From an uncultured Acidobacteriota bacterium (GTDB lineage Bacteria > Acidobacteriota > Terriglobia > Terriglobales > Acidobacteriaceae), in NCBI GenBank assembly GCA_963732315.1, contig CAVSYY010000012.1, positions 1,399 through 65,398 on the forward strand: a DNA stretch of 64,000 nucleotides, in the 5' to 3' direction. Positions within the stretch are counted from its first letter, which is position 1. Every line of letters starts with the position of its first letter. Both the position numbers and the translations under genes were made by a program. Positions 20,054 to 31,600 of this stretch are shown here, piece by piece. The notes under the pieces were generated by a model. It ran no database searches. It saw only the letters and a list, made by a program, of their open reading frames with translations, and had not been told where the DNA came from.

Positions 20054-20306
20054 GAAGCACCCCTGGGAAACCTGATCTTCCGCCTATTGTACTGAATCCC
20101 GCCCGCTTCGCCCATGCACGGCACCTCTCGGCAGCGGGATTGCTTCCGGCTTGCGACCAAACAACCACCGCTCGGCATCGCGGAATTTGTGCACCGTAAG
20201 TGAATCGGAATAGAATGCGCCTCATCTTTAATCCCGAATCAAAATGCGGATTGAAAACGCGGTTGCCCTCATAAAAGCATTCAATGGATTCCACCTGGAG
20301 TGCCGG

Positions 20307-22010
20307 ATGCGCCCCTTATGTCTGCTGCTCGCAGCTTCCGTAGCCTTTGCGCAAGTCGACGTGCTTACTCAGCACAATGATAACCAGCGCAGCGGACTCA
20401 ATACGCGGGAAATGGTTCTCAATCATCAGACCGTCCGAACCCGATTCGGTAAATTGTGGACGCTTTATTCGGACGCCAAGGTCATGGCGCAACCGCTTTA
20501 CGTTTCCAGCCTGAAGAGCGCGAAGTGCCCCGCCGGCTGTAACACCGTAATTTTCGCATCGATGAAAGGCACCGTGTATGCCTACATGGCCGACCAAAAG
20601 CCCTCAACCGCCAGCGACACACTGGTTTGGGCCAGGTATTTGGGCGAACCGCAAAAGGGCAACACAAGTCTCGACCCATGGGCCGCCACCGATGATCCTT
20701 GGTGGGGGATCCTGGGCACACCGGTAATCGACCGCGCCAGCAGTTCGCTCTACGTGGTGGCATGGAACGACGACGGCCAGTACCGTCTTTACAACCTCGA
20801 TCTCAACTCCGGAAATGTTAAGCAAGCTCCCGTGATCGTCCACGGATCCGTAGCCGGCCTGGACTTCACGGAAAATCGCAAGGGTTGGAAGCAAGTGCGC
20901 AAACAGCGTGCGGCGCTGCTGCTTGCCAACGGTGCTCTCTACGTAGCTTTTGGCGGCGACAATCCGGAGGGTCCGGCCGGTTGGTTGTTTGTGTACGAAG
21001 CCGCCACCCTGACTCTGAAGACTGTCTGGAGTCCCACGCCGGCCGGGCGCAACGGCGGAATTTGGCAGGGTGGCCAGGGTCCAGCCGCCGACAGCGAGGG
21101 AAACCTGTACCTCCAAACTGGCGATGGCGACTTTGAGCCGGCACGCCAACTCTACGGGAATAGCCTGCTCAAGTTACACCTTGGCAATGAGGGTCTCACC
21201 GTTGCCGATTACTTCACCCCCTGCAATCAGCTTTTTCTGGATCGCTGTGATCTCGACCAGGGCTCGTCGGGCCCGCTTCTGTTTAACGGCTTTGTGGTGG
21301 GCGGCGGCAAGGCAGGCGTTCTATATCTCATGCACGCCGACAAACTGGCCAAGTATTACCCCGCGCGAGCCCTTCCAAAGAGTGGTGCGTGCAACTCGAT
21401 TCCGATGTGCCAGGATGGCCCCCTGATGGTTCAGAAATGGAAAGCGGCCAAGGGCCACATTCATGGATCACCTGTGTTCTGGGAAGGTCCGGGAGGCAAA
21501 AGCTGGCTGTACGTAATGGGGGAAGGCGATCACCTCAAGGCCTTTCCCTTGGTGAACGGCAAATTTGAATGGACCGGACTGCGCCGAAGCAAGTGGGTGC
21601 CTCCCAAGCCTGGTGTCGTGCCCTGCGGCCCTCCAATGGAGAACTGGATGCCGGGCGGGATTATCAGCGTATCCAGCAACGGTAGCAACCCCGGTTCGGG
21701 TATCGTTTGGGTTTTGGTTCCAGCCAACGGGGATGCCAACAGCTACCGCGGTGTAAAGGGTATGCTCCTCGCGCTGAATGCGGAAGACGTAAGCCAGGAG
21801 CTTTGGCGAAGCCAGGGGCAGGATGCGCTGCTCTCAGACACTGGCAATAGTCTGGGACTGCTGGCGCGCTTCGCGCCTCCCACGATTGCCAACGGCAAGG
21901 TGTTTGTGGGCACAGCAGGCGACAAGGAGCCGCTGAAACGGTGGTGCGGCGGGTTACGGCCTAAGCACTTTCCAGAAAATTATGGAGTCGTTGTTTATGG
22001 TTTGAAGTGA
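20307..22010 (+). CDS. Secreted beta-propeller protein (PQQ-like repeat family); function unknown
   Basis: Signal peptide MRPLCLLLAASVAFAQ from the ATG at 20307. Repeated Gly/aromatic beta-strand units. No catalytic motif recognised. Confidence 0.6.
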   Translation: MRPLCLLLAASVAFAQVDVLTQHNDNQRSGLNTREMVLNHQTVRTRFGKLWTLYSDAKVMAQPLYVSSLKSAKCPAGCNTVIFASMKGTVYAYMADQKPSTASDTLVWARYLGEPQKGNTSLDPWAATDDPWWGILGTPVIDRASSSLYVVAWNDDGQYRLYNLDLNSGNVKQAPVIVHGSVAGLDFTENRKGWKQVRKQRAALLLANGALYVAFGGDNPEGPAGWLFVYEAATLTLKTVWSPTPAGRNGGIWQGGQGPAADSEGNLYLQTGDGDFEPARQLYGNSLLKLHLGNEGLTVADYFTPCNQLFLDRCDLDQGSSGPLLFNGFVVGGGKAGVLYLMHADKLAKYYPARALPKSGACNSIPMCQDGPLMVQKWKAAKGHIHGSPVFWEGPGGKSWLYVMGEGDHLKAFPLVNGKFEWTGLRRSKWVPPKPGVVPCGPPMENWMPGGIISVSSNGSNPGSGIVWVLVPANGDANSYRGVKGMLLALNAEDVSQELWRSQGQDALLSDTGNSLGLLARFAPPTIANGKVFVGTAGDKEPLKRWCGGLRPKHFPENYGVVVYGLK

Positions 22011-22266
22011 TGGAATTGCGTGACTCGCTTTCCGGGCCGGCGGCAACAACTGTCAGCTCGCCATCTTCGGTTCCGAGCGGCTAACGGGCAATCCGAGACC
22101 GACCCACTACCCACCTCCGGCCAACCGCTGCGCAGCATGTAGAATCGAGGAAAGCCAGCTCGATTTCACACCCTGGCCGCCCCTGCTCACTTTGGGCGGA
22201 ACGCTGCTCGAACCGTTAGAATAGATACATTCCTTCTATGCCTTCTTTATTGATTGCGGGACAGTT

Positions 22267-23871
22267 TTGAGCGAAGCGGCCAATACGGGTGTGCGGCCCA
22301 GCCCGGTCGCGCGCGTGCTGCGCGTGCTCCGGCCGGGCCATACCCATACGGCAGCCACGGCAACCCTGCTGCTAATGATCTCGGCGTTTCTCTCCCGCAT
22401 CATCGGCCTGGTGAGGGAGAAATTCACCGCCTACCTGTTTGGCGCGGGCGGCCAAATGGACGCCTACCGTGCGGCCTTCCAACTGCCGGACACCATCGCC
22501 TACTTTCTGGTGGGCGGGGCCGCATCCATCACCTTCATCACCATTCTGAACCGCTATTACGAGCGCGGCGAAGAGGCCGAGGGCGAGCGCGTCATGTCGG
22601 TCATCATCTCCGTCATGCTGGTGGTGCTGGGCGCAGCACTCGTGGTGGCGGAAGTGCTGGCCGGGGCGTTCGTGCGCTGGTACTTCGCCGGATACTCGCC
22701 CGAGAAGGCCGCGCTGGCCACGCACATGACGCGCATTCTGCTGCCGGCGCAGCTCATGTTTTTCATCGGCGGAGTGCTCAGCGCCGTGCTGCTGGTGCGC
22801 AAGCAGTTTGCCTACCAGGCGCTTTCACCCCTGATCTATGCACTCGGCATCATCGTGGGCGGCCTGCTGCTGCATCGCTCGCTCGGAGTCTCGTCGCTGG
22901 CCGTGGGAGCCACCGCGGGCGCTTTCGCCGGACCCTTCCTGCTGAACGCCATTGGAGCCCATCGCGCCGGCATCCGTTTTCGCTTCGAACTGGACTGGGC
23001 CGATGTGGGCTTGCACGAGTGGGTGCGGCTTTCCATCCCGCTGATGCTGGGGCTCTCTCTGGTTACGGTGGACGGATGGATCATCGCCTGGCTCACCTCG
23101 CATGAGAACGGCCTCTACGCCAAGCTCTACTTTGCCAAGCAGCTGTTCATGGTCCCCATCGCCATCGTGGGGCAGGCCGCCGGCGCCGCCTCCATGCCTT
23201 TCTTCGTAACGCTTCTGACCAAGGGCGAACGCGGCAAATTCGCCGAGGCGGTCAACGGCTCGGTCACCCGAATCCTGGCGCTCTCGTTTCTGCTCTCGGC
23301 GTGGATGATGGCCCTGTCGCGCCCCGCGGTGGATCTGGTACTGCGCGGCGGCGCGCTGCACCGGCCCGAAGCCGCAATCATTGCGGCCTTCTTCGCGCTG
23401 TTCTCCGTCTCCTTGAGCCTGTGGTCGGCGCAAGCCATTTATGCGCGGGCCTTCTACGCCACCGGCAACACGCTCCGCCCCATGGTGGCCAGCACCATCG
23501 TGACTTTTCTGTCAGTGCCCATCTACTGGACGCTCTACCACGCCTATGGCGGAACCGGGCTGGTGATCGCCTCCAATGTCGGCATCCTGGCACAGACGCT
23601 GGTGCTGGCGGGGATGCTGCACCACGCTGGACTGGTGAAGCTGAGCGGCCTGGGCTGGGCGGAGTTGGGGCGATCCCTGGCGGCAGCCTGTGCGGCCGGA
23701 GCGGTATGCGCCGCGATCCTTCACGCCATCCCCATGCCAAGCGGCTTCCGCTTCGACGCCTTGGTGCTGGCAGCGGCAACCCTGGCCTGGTTCCTGGTGG
23801 GCTTTGCGGCGCTGCAAATAATGGGATCGAGCCTGCCGGCAGAAGTGAAACGCAGACTCATCCGCAGCTGA
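22267..23871 (+). CDS. murJ: Lipid II flippase MurJ (MviN)
   Basis: LLLMISAFLSRIIGLVREKFTAYLFGAGGQMDAYRAAFQLPD is the canonical MurJ N-terminus, followed by about 14 TM segments. TTG start at 22267; the exact start is uncertain. Confidence 0.9.
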   Translation: MSEAANTGVRPSPVARVLRVLRPGHTHTAATATLLLMISAFLSRIIGLVREKFTAYLFGAGGQMDAYRAAFQLPDTIAYFLVGGAASITFITILNRYYERGEEAEGERVMSVIISVMLVVLGAALVVAEVLAGAFVRWYFAGYSPEKAALATHMTRILLPAQLMFFIGGVLSAVLLVRKQFAYQALSPLIYALGIIVGGLLLHRSLGVSSLAVGATAGAFAGPFLLNAIGAHRAGIRFRFELDWADVGLHEWVRLSIPLMLGLSLVTVDGWIIAWLTSHENGLYAKLYFAKQLFMVPIAIVGQAAGAASMPFFVTLLTKGERGKFAEAVNGSVTRILALSFLLSAWMMALSRPAVDLVLRGGALHRPEAAIIAAFFALFSVSLSLWSAQAIYARAFYATGNTLRPMVASTIVTFLSVPIYWTLYHAYGGTGLVIASNVGILAQTLVLAGMLHHAGLVKLSGLGWAELGRSLAAACAAGAVCAAILHAIPMPSGFRFDALVLAAATLAWFLVGFAALQIMGSSLPAEVKRRLIRS

Positions 23872-23967
23872 TTCGAGACGGAGAACAATTCCCGGGCGGC
23901 GCCAGGAATTCCGAACCAACCATTGCCACGAGAGTGAATCGTTTGGGGGGCCGATTGTTACCAGTGA

Positions 23968-24000
23968 GTACATCGTTCCGCTTTTTGCGCAACGATGTAC
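23968..24000. terminator. Strong hairpin between convergent murJ and a small ORF (possible bidirectional terminator)
   Basis: GTACATCGTT-N13(CCGCTTTTTGCGC)-AACGATGTAC, a 10-bp perfect stem. Confidence 0.4.
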
Positions 24001-24074
24001 TACTTTCTAACCCTGTGGATTGAAACCATTGACCGGACTGGCAATCCTTGCCCAATAAGAACGGCCCGCAGGAC

Positions 24075-24296
24075 CTACCCCGCGGCCTTCATCTTCGTCT
24101 TGACCACCCTCATCTCGCTCCAGTCATAACCAAAGCGCCGTCCACAATCCAGACACACTACATAGTGCGAGCAACCGGTTGGCAGCTCTTCCGACCAGTC
24201 CAGGTGCGCCTGATTTTGCCGTGCCGTCTCCATCGAAAACGGCACCGAAAGGCGAGTATGCCGGCAACCAAACAGATTAAAAACTTTTTCCAGCAT
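24075..24296 (-). CDS. Small zinc-ribbon-like hypothetical protein
   Basis: 73 aa with a C-x-H ... C-x2-C pattern (GCRHTR...VVCLDCGRRFGYDW). Co-directional and downstream of the bactofilin gene. Confidence 0.4.
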   Translation of the reverse strand: MLEKVFNLFGCRHTRLSVPFSMETARQNQAHLDWSEELPTGCSHYVVCLDCGRRFGYDWSEMRVVKTKMKAAG

Positions 24297-24454
24297 ATTC
24301 AGATCACACCTCGCGCCCTTCGCGCCTACCGCGGATGACTCCGCCCATTAGAAAATATCGTGAACGACTTCCAGACAGCGTCGCCCTCCTTGAAGTCCGA
24401 AGCCCGGCAGCACCGCTGCCGGGCCCTCGCAACTCGTCTCCGCAACTTTCAGGC

Positions 24455-24973
24455 TTAGACCCGGATCGCCGGCTTGTCCGCTACCGGGGCGGCAGCTTCC
24501 GCCGGCGGCTTTTCGCCCGCGTTCGGCTTGCGAATATCGATTCCGCCCTTAAAGAACGCGCCATCTTCAATGCTGATCCGCTGCGCTACCACGTCGCCGG
24601 TCAGCGAACCTTCGTTGCGAATGTCCACCCGGTCGGTGGCCGTGACGTTACCCCGCACCTTGCCCAGGATCACCGCTTCGCGGGCCGTGATGTTGGCGGC
24701 GACTACGCCGTTGCGGCCTACCGTTACGCGGTTCCCCGGCAGATGGATCGAGCCTTCCACCCGGCCGTCGATGTAAAGCGATTCCGATCCCGTGACTTCG
24801 CCCTTGATTACCAGCGACTTTCCGATGGTGGCCTGGTCGGAGACCGCGGTGGCCGAACTCAACGGCTTGGGCGTACTGTTGTTGTACTCCGGTGCAGGAG
24901 TCGGTATAGAGGGCTGGCGCTGCGCATCCGCAGGCGTTGGATTAGTGCCGGGCTGTGTTGACGGCTTCCACAT
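24455..24973 (-). CDS. Bactofilin (polymer-forming cytoskeletal protein)
   Basis: Beta-helical repeat core (IGKSLVIKGEVTGSESLYIDGRVEGSIHLPGNRVTVGRNGVVAANITAREAVILGKVRGNVTA...). Pro-rich N-terminal tail. Confidence 0.85.
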   Translation of the reverse strand: MWKPSTQPGTNPTPADAQRQPSIPTPAPEYNNSTPKPLSSATAVSDQATIGKSLVIKGEVTGSESLYIDGRVEGSIHLPGNRVTVGRNGVVAANITAREAVILGKVRGNVTATDRVDIRNEGSLTGDVVAQRISIEDGAFFKGGIDIRKPNAGEKPPAEAAAPVADKPAIRV

Positions 24974-25290
24974 GTTCTCTTGAGTCCTTTCATAAACAGG
25001 TCTGCACCTGTATCGCCATTCTTGCTGTTATGTGTAAATCTGAACCGTGCAATGGCTTCCAGGGTTGGCTGCGCTCCGGTAAAAGCCTGCCGTGCTCCCC
25101 TGTAAGCACTATATTCCACTCTGCGGGAACTTTCTGCACTGTTCGTACAACTTCCGAGGCTGTACTAAATCGCCCGTCGCGTCCGGATTAGCGCTCCGGC
25201 CCTGCGCCCGCAGCCGGCAGCGCAGCGTTACCCGCCGCCATCTCGATTCGCGCTCCGGCCACGGACGCGATACCATCGTGGGAGCCACGA

Positions 25291-27789
25291 ATGATCTCGG
25301 AAAGCGATCTGCTGCAGCACATCGAAGACCAGCCCCAGCGCGCCGCCGGATACAAGCAGCTCGTCCGCGAACTCTCGCTGCGAGGCCGCGAGCGCGAGGA
25401 ACTCGAATCGCTCCTCGCCGACCTTGTCGTGCGCGGCAAGCTCGTGCTGGTCGCCCGCGACCGTTATGCCATCGCCGAGGCGGCCATCAACCGCAATCTC
25501 GTCGTCGGCTCGCTCACCATGCACCGCGACGGCTTCGGCTTCGTCCGCCCGCTGGACCGCAAGGTGCGCGAGCGTTTCGAGGGCGATATCTTCATCCCGC
25601 CCTTCGACTCCGGCGAGGCCATGCACGGCGACCAGGTCCTCGTCGAACTCTCGCCACACTCCCGCCAAGGACGCACCGAAGGCCGCATCGTCCGCGTCAT
25701 GGAGCGCGCCCACCCCACCGTCGTCGGAACCTTCCACTACGGGCAGCGCCACAACTACGTGCGTCCCATCGACGACCGCATCAAGATGGATGTCATCATC
25801 GCCGAGGGCGATGAAATTCTTCCCGAGCCCTCCAAAGCAACCAGCCGTCTCCAACTCGACCGCGTCATCGGCAGCGAAGCCAGTCACCGTCCCTGGGAAG
25901 ACCTCGAAGGGCTGGTGGTCGATTGCGAGATCACCGGCTGGCCCACGGCGACGAAAAATCCGCGCGGCCGCCTCATCGAGGTGCTCGGCTACGAAGACGA
26001 CTTCGGCGTCGATGTCGAGATCATCATCCGCAAGCACCACCTGCCCCACCACTTTCCGCCATCGGTCATCGACGAGGCACGCGCCATCCCCCCCGCCATT
26101 GCGCCCGCCGAACTCAAGCGCCGGCGCGATTTCCGCGAACTCCCCATCGTCACCATCGACGGCGAAACCGCCCGCGACTTCGACGACGCCGTCCTGGTGC
26201 ACCCACTTCCCGGCGGAGACTTCGAACTTCAAGTCCACATCGCCGACGTTTCCCACTACGTCCGCCCCGGCATGGACATCGACCGCGAGGCCGAGATCCG
26301 CGGCACCAGCGTCTATTTCCCCGACCGCGCCATCCCCATGTTGCCCATCGAGCTCTCCACCGATCTCTGCTCGCTGCGCCCGCAGCTCGACCGCCTCGTT
26401 CTTTCCTGCATCATGCACATCGACGCACGCGGCGAGATCCGCTCCTACCAGCTCATGCCCGGCGTCATCCGCAGCGCCGAGCGCATGACCTACCAGGCCG
26501 TCCAACTTGTGCTCGATGGCGACGCCGAAGCGCGCGCCCGTTACGCCCCGCTGGTGGACAATTTCCTGCTCATGCAGCAGCTTGCCGAGATCCTCAACCA
26601 AAAGCGCCAGCGCCGCGGCTCCATCGACTTCGACCTGCCCGAGCCGCTCATCGAGTTCGACGAGAACGGCCTGATGAAAGGCGTCACGCGCTCCGAGCGT
26701 CTCTTCAGTCACCGCCTTATCGAAGAGTTCATGCTCGCCGCCAATGAGACCGTTGCCACCTACCTCGAACAGAAAGGCGTTGCCTCGCTCTACCGCGTGC
26801 ACGAGCCGCCCGACCCCAAGCGCGTCTATGACTTTGAGAACCTCGCCGCCGCCTTCGGCTACTCGCTCGGCATCGGAGCCCTGCCCATCTCACGCTTCCG
26901 CATCAAGCCCGATCACCGCCCGGCCAATGCACGCTCCACTGCGCACCGCAATAAGCCGAGTGAGATTGAAATCCCACAGGAGACGCCGATCACCCCGGCC
27001 ATGTACCAGAAGCTCGCCGCTAAGATCGCAGGCAAGCCCGAGGAGCGCATCGTGAGCTACCTCATGCTGCGCTCGCTCAAGCAGGCGCGCTATTCGGAAA
27101 TCAACGACGGCCACTTTGCCCTCGCCGCCACTTGCTATACGCACTTCACCTCGCCCATCCGCCGCTATCCCGACCTGCTCATCCACCGCATCCTTAAAGG
27201 CGTCCTCGCCTCCAGCGCCGAACAGCACGAGGGCGCACTTGCGATCGGCATCGGCGGCCACGTGCAGCAAAACGCGGATGCGCTATGGCCTTCCACCGCC
27301 ACGGCGGCCCGCAAGGAAGCGGCTAAAAAGCCCGCGGCGCAGCCTGCGCATCCTCACGCTCCCACCAGTCCCATCCCGGAGGACGATCTCCGCCATCAGG
27401 CCGAAGATGCCAGCTTCGCCGAACGGCGCGCCGATGCAGCCGAGCGCGAACTGGTGGAGTGGAAGAAGATGAAGTTCATGGCCGACCGTGTCGGCGAAGA
27501 CTTCGACGGACTCATCATCAGCATCACCAAATACGGAATGTTCGTCGAGCTTACCGATCTCTTCGTCGAGGGACTCATTTCCCTCAACAGCCTCTACGAC
27601 GACCATTACGTCTTCCACGAAACCACCCGCCAGATCATCGGCCAGCGCAGCCGCAAAACGTACTCGCTCGGAGACCGTGTCCGCGTCGTCCTCGACCGCA
27701 TCGACCAGGTCGAGCGCAAGTTGCAGTTCTCCCTCATCGGCGAGCGCCCCGCTCCCGCGCAACGCGGCCGTAAACGCCGCCGCTATTAG
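25291..27789 (+). CDS. rnr: Ribonuclease R
   Basis: 832 aa. Cold-shock-like N-terminal domains, RNB catalytic core (TIDGETARDFDDAV, YFPDRAIPMLP) and a C-terminal S1 domain plus basic tail. Confidence 0.95.
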   Translation: MISESDLLQHIEDQPQRAAGYKQLVRELSLRGREREELESLLADLVVRGKLVLVARDRYAIAEAAINRNLVVGSLTMHRDGFGFVRPLDRKVRERFEGDIFIPPFDSGEAMHGDQVLVELSPHSRQGRTEGRIVRVMERAHPTVVGTFHYGQRHNYVRPIDDRIKMDVIIAEGDEILPEPSKATSRLQLDRVIGSEASHRPWEDLEGLVVDCEITGWPTATKNPRGRLIEVLGYEDDFGVDVEIIIRKHHLPHHFPPSVIDEARAIPPAIAPAELKRRRDFRELPIVTIDGETARDFDDAVLVHPLPGGDFELQVHIADVSHYVRPGMDIDREAEIRGTSVYFPDRAIPMLPIELSTDLCSLRPQLDRLVLSCIMHIDARGEIRSYQLMPGVIRSAERMTYQAVQLVLDGDAEARARYAPLVDNFLLMQQLAEILNQKRQRRGSIDFDLPEPLIEFDENGLMKGVTRSERLFSHRLIEEFMLAANETVATYLEQKGVASLYRVHEPPDPKRVYDFENLAAAFGYSLGIGALPISRFRIKPDHRPANARSTAHRNKPSEIEIPQETPITPAMYQKLAAKIAGKPEERIVSYLMLRSLKQARYSEINDGHFALAATCYTHFTSPIRRYPDLLIHRILKGVLASSAEQHEGALAIGIGGHVQQNADALWPSTATAARKEAAKKPAAQPAHPHAPTSPIPEDDLRHQAEDASFAERRADAAERELVEWKKMKFMADRVGEDFDGLIISITKYGMFVELTDLFVEGLISLNSLYDDHYVFHETTRQIIGQRSRKTYSLGDRVRVVLDRIDQVERKLQFSLIGERPAPAQRGRKRRRY

Positions 27790-27875
27790 CGTGATTGTTT
27801 GTTCAGGCGGCTTGCCGAATAGGGGCACAGTGCTTGTACAATCTTTGTGAAACACTGAGAGCGAGGATCTCCCGA

Positions 27876-28148
27876 ATGGCACGAATGGTGCAATGCGCAA
27901 AGCTGGGACGCGAGGCCGAAGGCTTGGATGAGGCGCCGTTTGACGGCCCTCTCGGCCAGCGAATCTATGAGAACATCAGCAAACAGGCCTGGGAAGACTG
28001 GCAGCACCACATGAAGATGCTACTCAATGAGTATCGCCTCCAGCCCTGGAAGAAAGAGCACCAGGACTTCATCGTCCAGCAGATGGAGCAATACTTCTTC
28101 GGCACGGGTGGACAGGCTCCCGAAGGCTACAAGCCGCCTGAAGGCTGA
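27876..28148 (+). CDS. yggX: Fe(2+)-trafficking / oxidative damage protection protein YggX
   Basis: MARMVQCAKLGREAEGLDEAPFDGPLGQRIYENISKQAWEDWQHHMKMLLNEYRL. ATG at 27876 with GAGGA upstream. Confidence 0.85.
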   Translation: MARMVQCAKLGREAEGLDEAPFDGPLGQRIYENISKQAWEDWQHHMKMLLNEYRLQPWKKEHQDFIVQQMEQYFFGTGGQAPEGYKPPEG

Positions 28149-28420
28149 CCGAAGGCCGCCGAGCTTCGCGTCCCGAGCCCATGGCACACCGGTCCGTCGC
28201 ACGATAGCAGAATCCGGTTGCGCAGGATGGTCTGGCGCAACGCGCTGGCGATAGCGAACGAACGAAATCCGGTTGCGCAAAACGGGCCCCGGAGAATTGC
28301 CGGAGAAACGCGGCGCAAAAATACCAGACGCGGGCCTAGTGTCCGCGTTTTCCACTGCGCTGGCTCGTTCGCAGTGCTAAAATCGACTTACCCCTTCGGC
28401 GCACCCGCGCCGTAAACCGT

Positions 28421-28497
28421 CGGGATGTGGCTCAGCCTGGTAGAGCACTCGCTTGGGGTGCGAGGGGTCGGCAGTTCAAATCTGCCCATCCCGACCA
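28421..28497 (+). tRNA. tRNA-Pro (anticodon GGG)
   Basis: 77 nt folded by hand. Acceptor CGGGATG/CATCCCG, D-arm GCTC/GAGC, anticodon stem CTCGC/GCGAG with loop TTGGGGT, T-arm GGCAG-TTCAAAT-CTGCC, encoded CCA. Confidence 0.9.
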
Positions 28498-28668
28498 TTC
28501 TTTCCTTTTCGCCCTTTCAAAGATCATGTCGAACGGCCTTCTGTAGGTGGGAGTTACACTTACAGCGTCTATGGAGCAGTGCCAGAAGTCTTCATCTGCT
28601 CTCAATCGGCATTCAGCAACGAGAACACGTGGGCCGCTTACCGGAGGATGGCTGGCGTTGTATGTATT

Positions 28669-31600
28669 TCATCCACAGATCTCTGCGGAAAGTCTATCCG
28701 CGCGGCGAGTCGCGGGGCGCAGCTCCCAGTTCCACTTCCAGATGGCGAACAGCGGCGGATAGACCACCAGTTCCATCAGGAACGACGTCACAATGCCGCC
28801 GACCATGGGGACGGCGATGCGCTTCATCACATCGGCCCCCGCCCCGTTGGACCACAAAATGGGAAGCAGTCCGAAGAGCATGCAGGCCACGGTCATCACC
28901 TTGGGACGCAGGCGCTTCACGGCTCCGTGCTCGACGGCCTCGCGCAACTGGGGCCAGGTGAAAAGCTGGCCGCGCGCGGCCGCCTCGGCACACGAGAGGT
29001 CGAGATAGAGCAGCATGAAGACCGCGGTTTCGGCATCGACTCCCAGCAGGGCGATCAGCCCCACCCACACAGCGACGCTCATGTTGTAGCCCATCCAGTA
29101 GAGCAGCCACACGGCTCCGATGCCCGAGAACGGCACGGCCAGCAGGATGATGGAGGTTTTGGCCACCGAACCGGTATTGGCGTAGAGCAGCAGGAAGACG
29201 GCAAACAGGGTGACTGGCAGCACCGTGATCAGCCGCTGGCGCACGCGCTGGATGGACTCATATTGACCGCTCCAGACAAGCTGGTAGCCGGTGGGGACGT
29301 TGACTTTGGCGTCCACCGCGCGCTGCGCGTCGGCCACATAGCTGCCCAGATCGCGTCCGGCCACATCGACAAAGACATATCCGCTCAACCGGCCGTTCTC
29401 GTCGCGGATCATGCCGGGACCGCTGCGCAGGGAGAGCGTTGCCAACTCGCCGAGCGGCACCTGCGCACCGCTTTGTCCGTTAGCCCCGGGGATCTGCACC
29501 AGCACGCGCTCCAGCGATTGCAGGTCGCTGCGGTATCCGCGCAGGTAGCGCACCGAAACCGCGTAGCGCTCGCGGCCTTCGACGGTGGTGGTCGCAGTCT
29601 GGCCGCCGACGGCGGTCATCAGCACGGACTGGGCATCGTCGATGGTGAGGCCGTAGCGCGCCAGCGCGTCGCGCTTGATGGTGAAGTCGAGGAAATATCC
29701 TCCGGTGGTGCGCTCGGCGTAAACACTGGCGGTTCCGCCAACTCCGTGCAAGGCCTGTTCCACCTCGTGGCCGATGCGCTCGATCTCTTCCAGATTGGAG
29801 CCCAGAACCTTGATGCCGAGCGGGGTGCGCACGCCGGTCGTCAGCATGTCGATGCGCCCCTTGATCGGCATCGTCCATGCATTGGTCACGCCGGGCATGG
29901 TGAGGGCTTCGTTCAATCCGCCCATGCCGTAAATAAGATCGTTGGTGCTCTGGTGGTCGGGCCAGATGCGCGCCAGCAGCGAATGCGTCCACTTTGGCAT
30001 GCGGTGGGAGTACCAGCGGTCAACTACGGGCCACTCGTCGCGCGGCTTGAGCACGACGACGGTTTCCATCATCGAGAGCGGAGCGGGGTCGGTTGCGCTC
30101 TCCACGCGGCCCGCCTTGCCGAAGACCGACTGCACCTGGGGAAAGCTCGAAAGGATGCGGTCCTGCTCGTGCAGCAATGCGCTGGCCTGGCCCACGGAGA
30201 TACCCGGCGTGGTGCTGGGCATATAGAGCAGCGTGCCCTCATCCAGCGGCGGCATGAACTCCGAGCCCAGCTTGTTGTAGATGGGAATGGTGAAGGCCAT
30301 CATGAGCAGGGCAACCGTAATGGGCAGCCACTTGTGATCCAGGCAGAACTCCACCACCGGCTGATAGATCTTCATCAGCGGCTTGCTGATGGGGTGCTCC
30401 TCTTCGCTGCGGATCTTGCCGACCAGCACTGAGCTGGTGAGACGCGCCAGCCAGGCCGGACGGAAGGTGAAATCGTCGACGCGCGTCATCATCAGGCGCA
30501 TGGCGGGATCGAGAGTGATGGCTAAAATCGCGGCGATCACCATAGCCAGCGTTTTGGTGAGGGCGAGCGGCTTGAATAGCCGTCCTTCCTGCGCCTCCAG
30601 GGCGAAGACGGGAAGGAACGAGACGGCGATCACCAGCAGCGCAAAGAAGCTGGGGCCGCCGACCTCCTTCACTGCGTCGATCACCACGCGGCGGAAGTCT
30701 TCCTTGCGGCCGCCCGCCTCCCAGTGCTCCAGCTTTTTGTGGGTCTGCTCCACCACGACGATGGCCGCGTCCACCATGGCGCCGATGGCCACGGCGATTC
30801 CGCCCAACGACATGATATTGGCGGTCATGCCCGACAGCTGCAAGGGAATGAAAGCGATTAGAATCGTGATCGGAATGGTGACGATGGGAATGACGGCGCT
30901 GGGAAAATGCCACAGGAAGATCAGGATCACCAGGCTGACGATGATGAGTTCCTCGATGAGGGTATGCTTCAGGTTGTCCACGGCTCGGTCGATGAGCTCG
31001 GAACGATCGTAGACGGGCACCACGCGCAGTCCCTTGGGCAGCGAGGGCCCGAGCAGCGCGATCTGCTCCTTCACCCGCTCGATCACCTTCTCGGCGTTTT
31101 CTCCCACGCGCATAATGACCACGCCGCCGACGGCTTCGCCACGGCCATCGAGATCGGTGACTCCGCGGCGCTCGGCTGGTCCGTAGTTGATTGTGGCCAC
31201 GTCGCGCACGCGAACCGCGGTGCCGCTGCCGGCGTTGTTGAGCAGGACGATGTTTCCAATGTCGTCGAGCGAGTGCAGATAGCCGCGCCCGCGCACCATG
31301 TATTCACGCCCGCTGAATTCGACGAGGCGTCCGCCGACATCGTTGTTGGATTTGCTGATGGCGTCGGCCACGGCGTTGACCGGAATCTTATAGGCCTGCA
31401 GGCGGATGGGGTCGATCTGCACCTGGTACTCGCGGACGAAGCCGCCGACCGGGGCGACCTCGGCGACTCCGGGCAACGATTGCAGGGCGTAGCGCATATA
31501 CCAGTCCTGGTAGCTGCGCATCTGCTCCAGACTGTACTGGCCTGTGTCATCGACCAGAGCGTACTCATAGACCCAGCCGACGCCGGTTGCGTCCTTGGCC

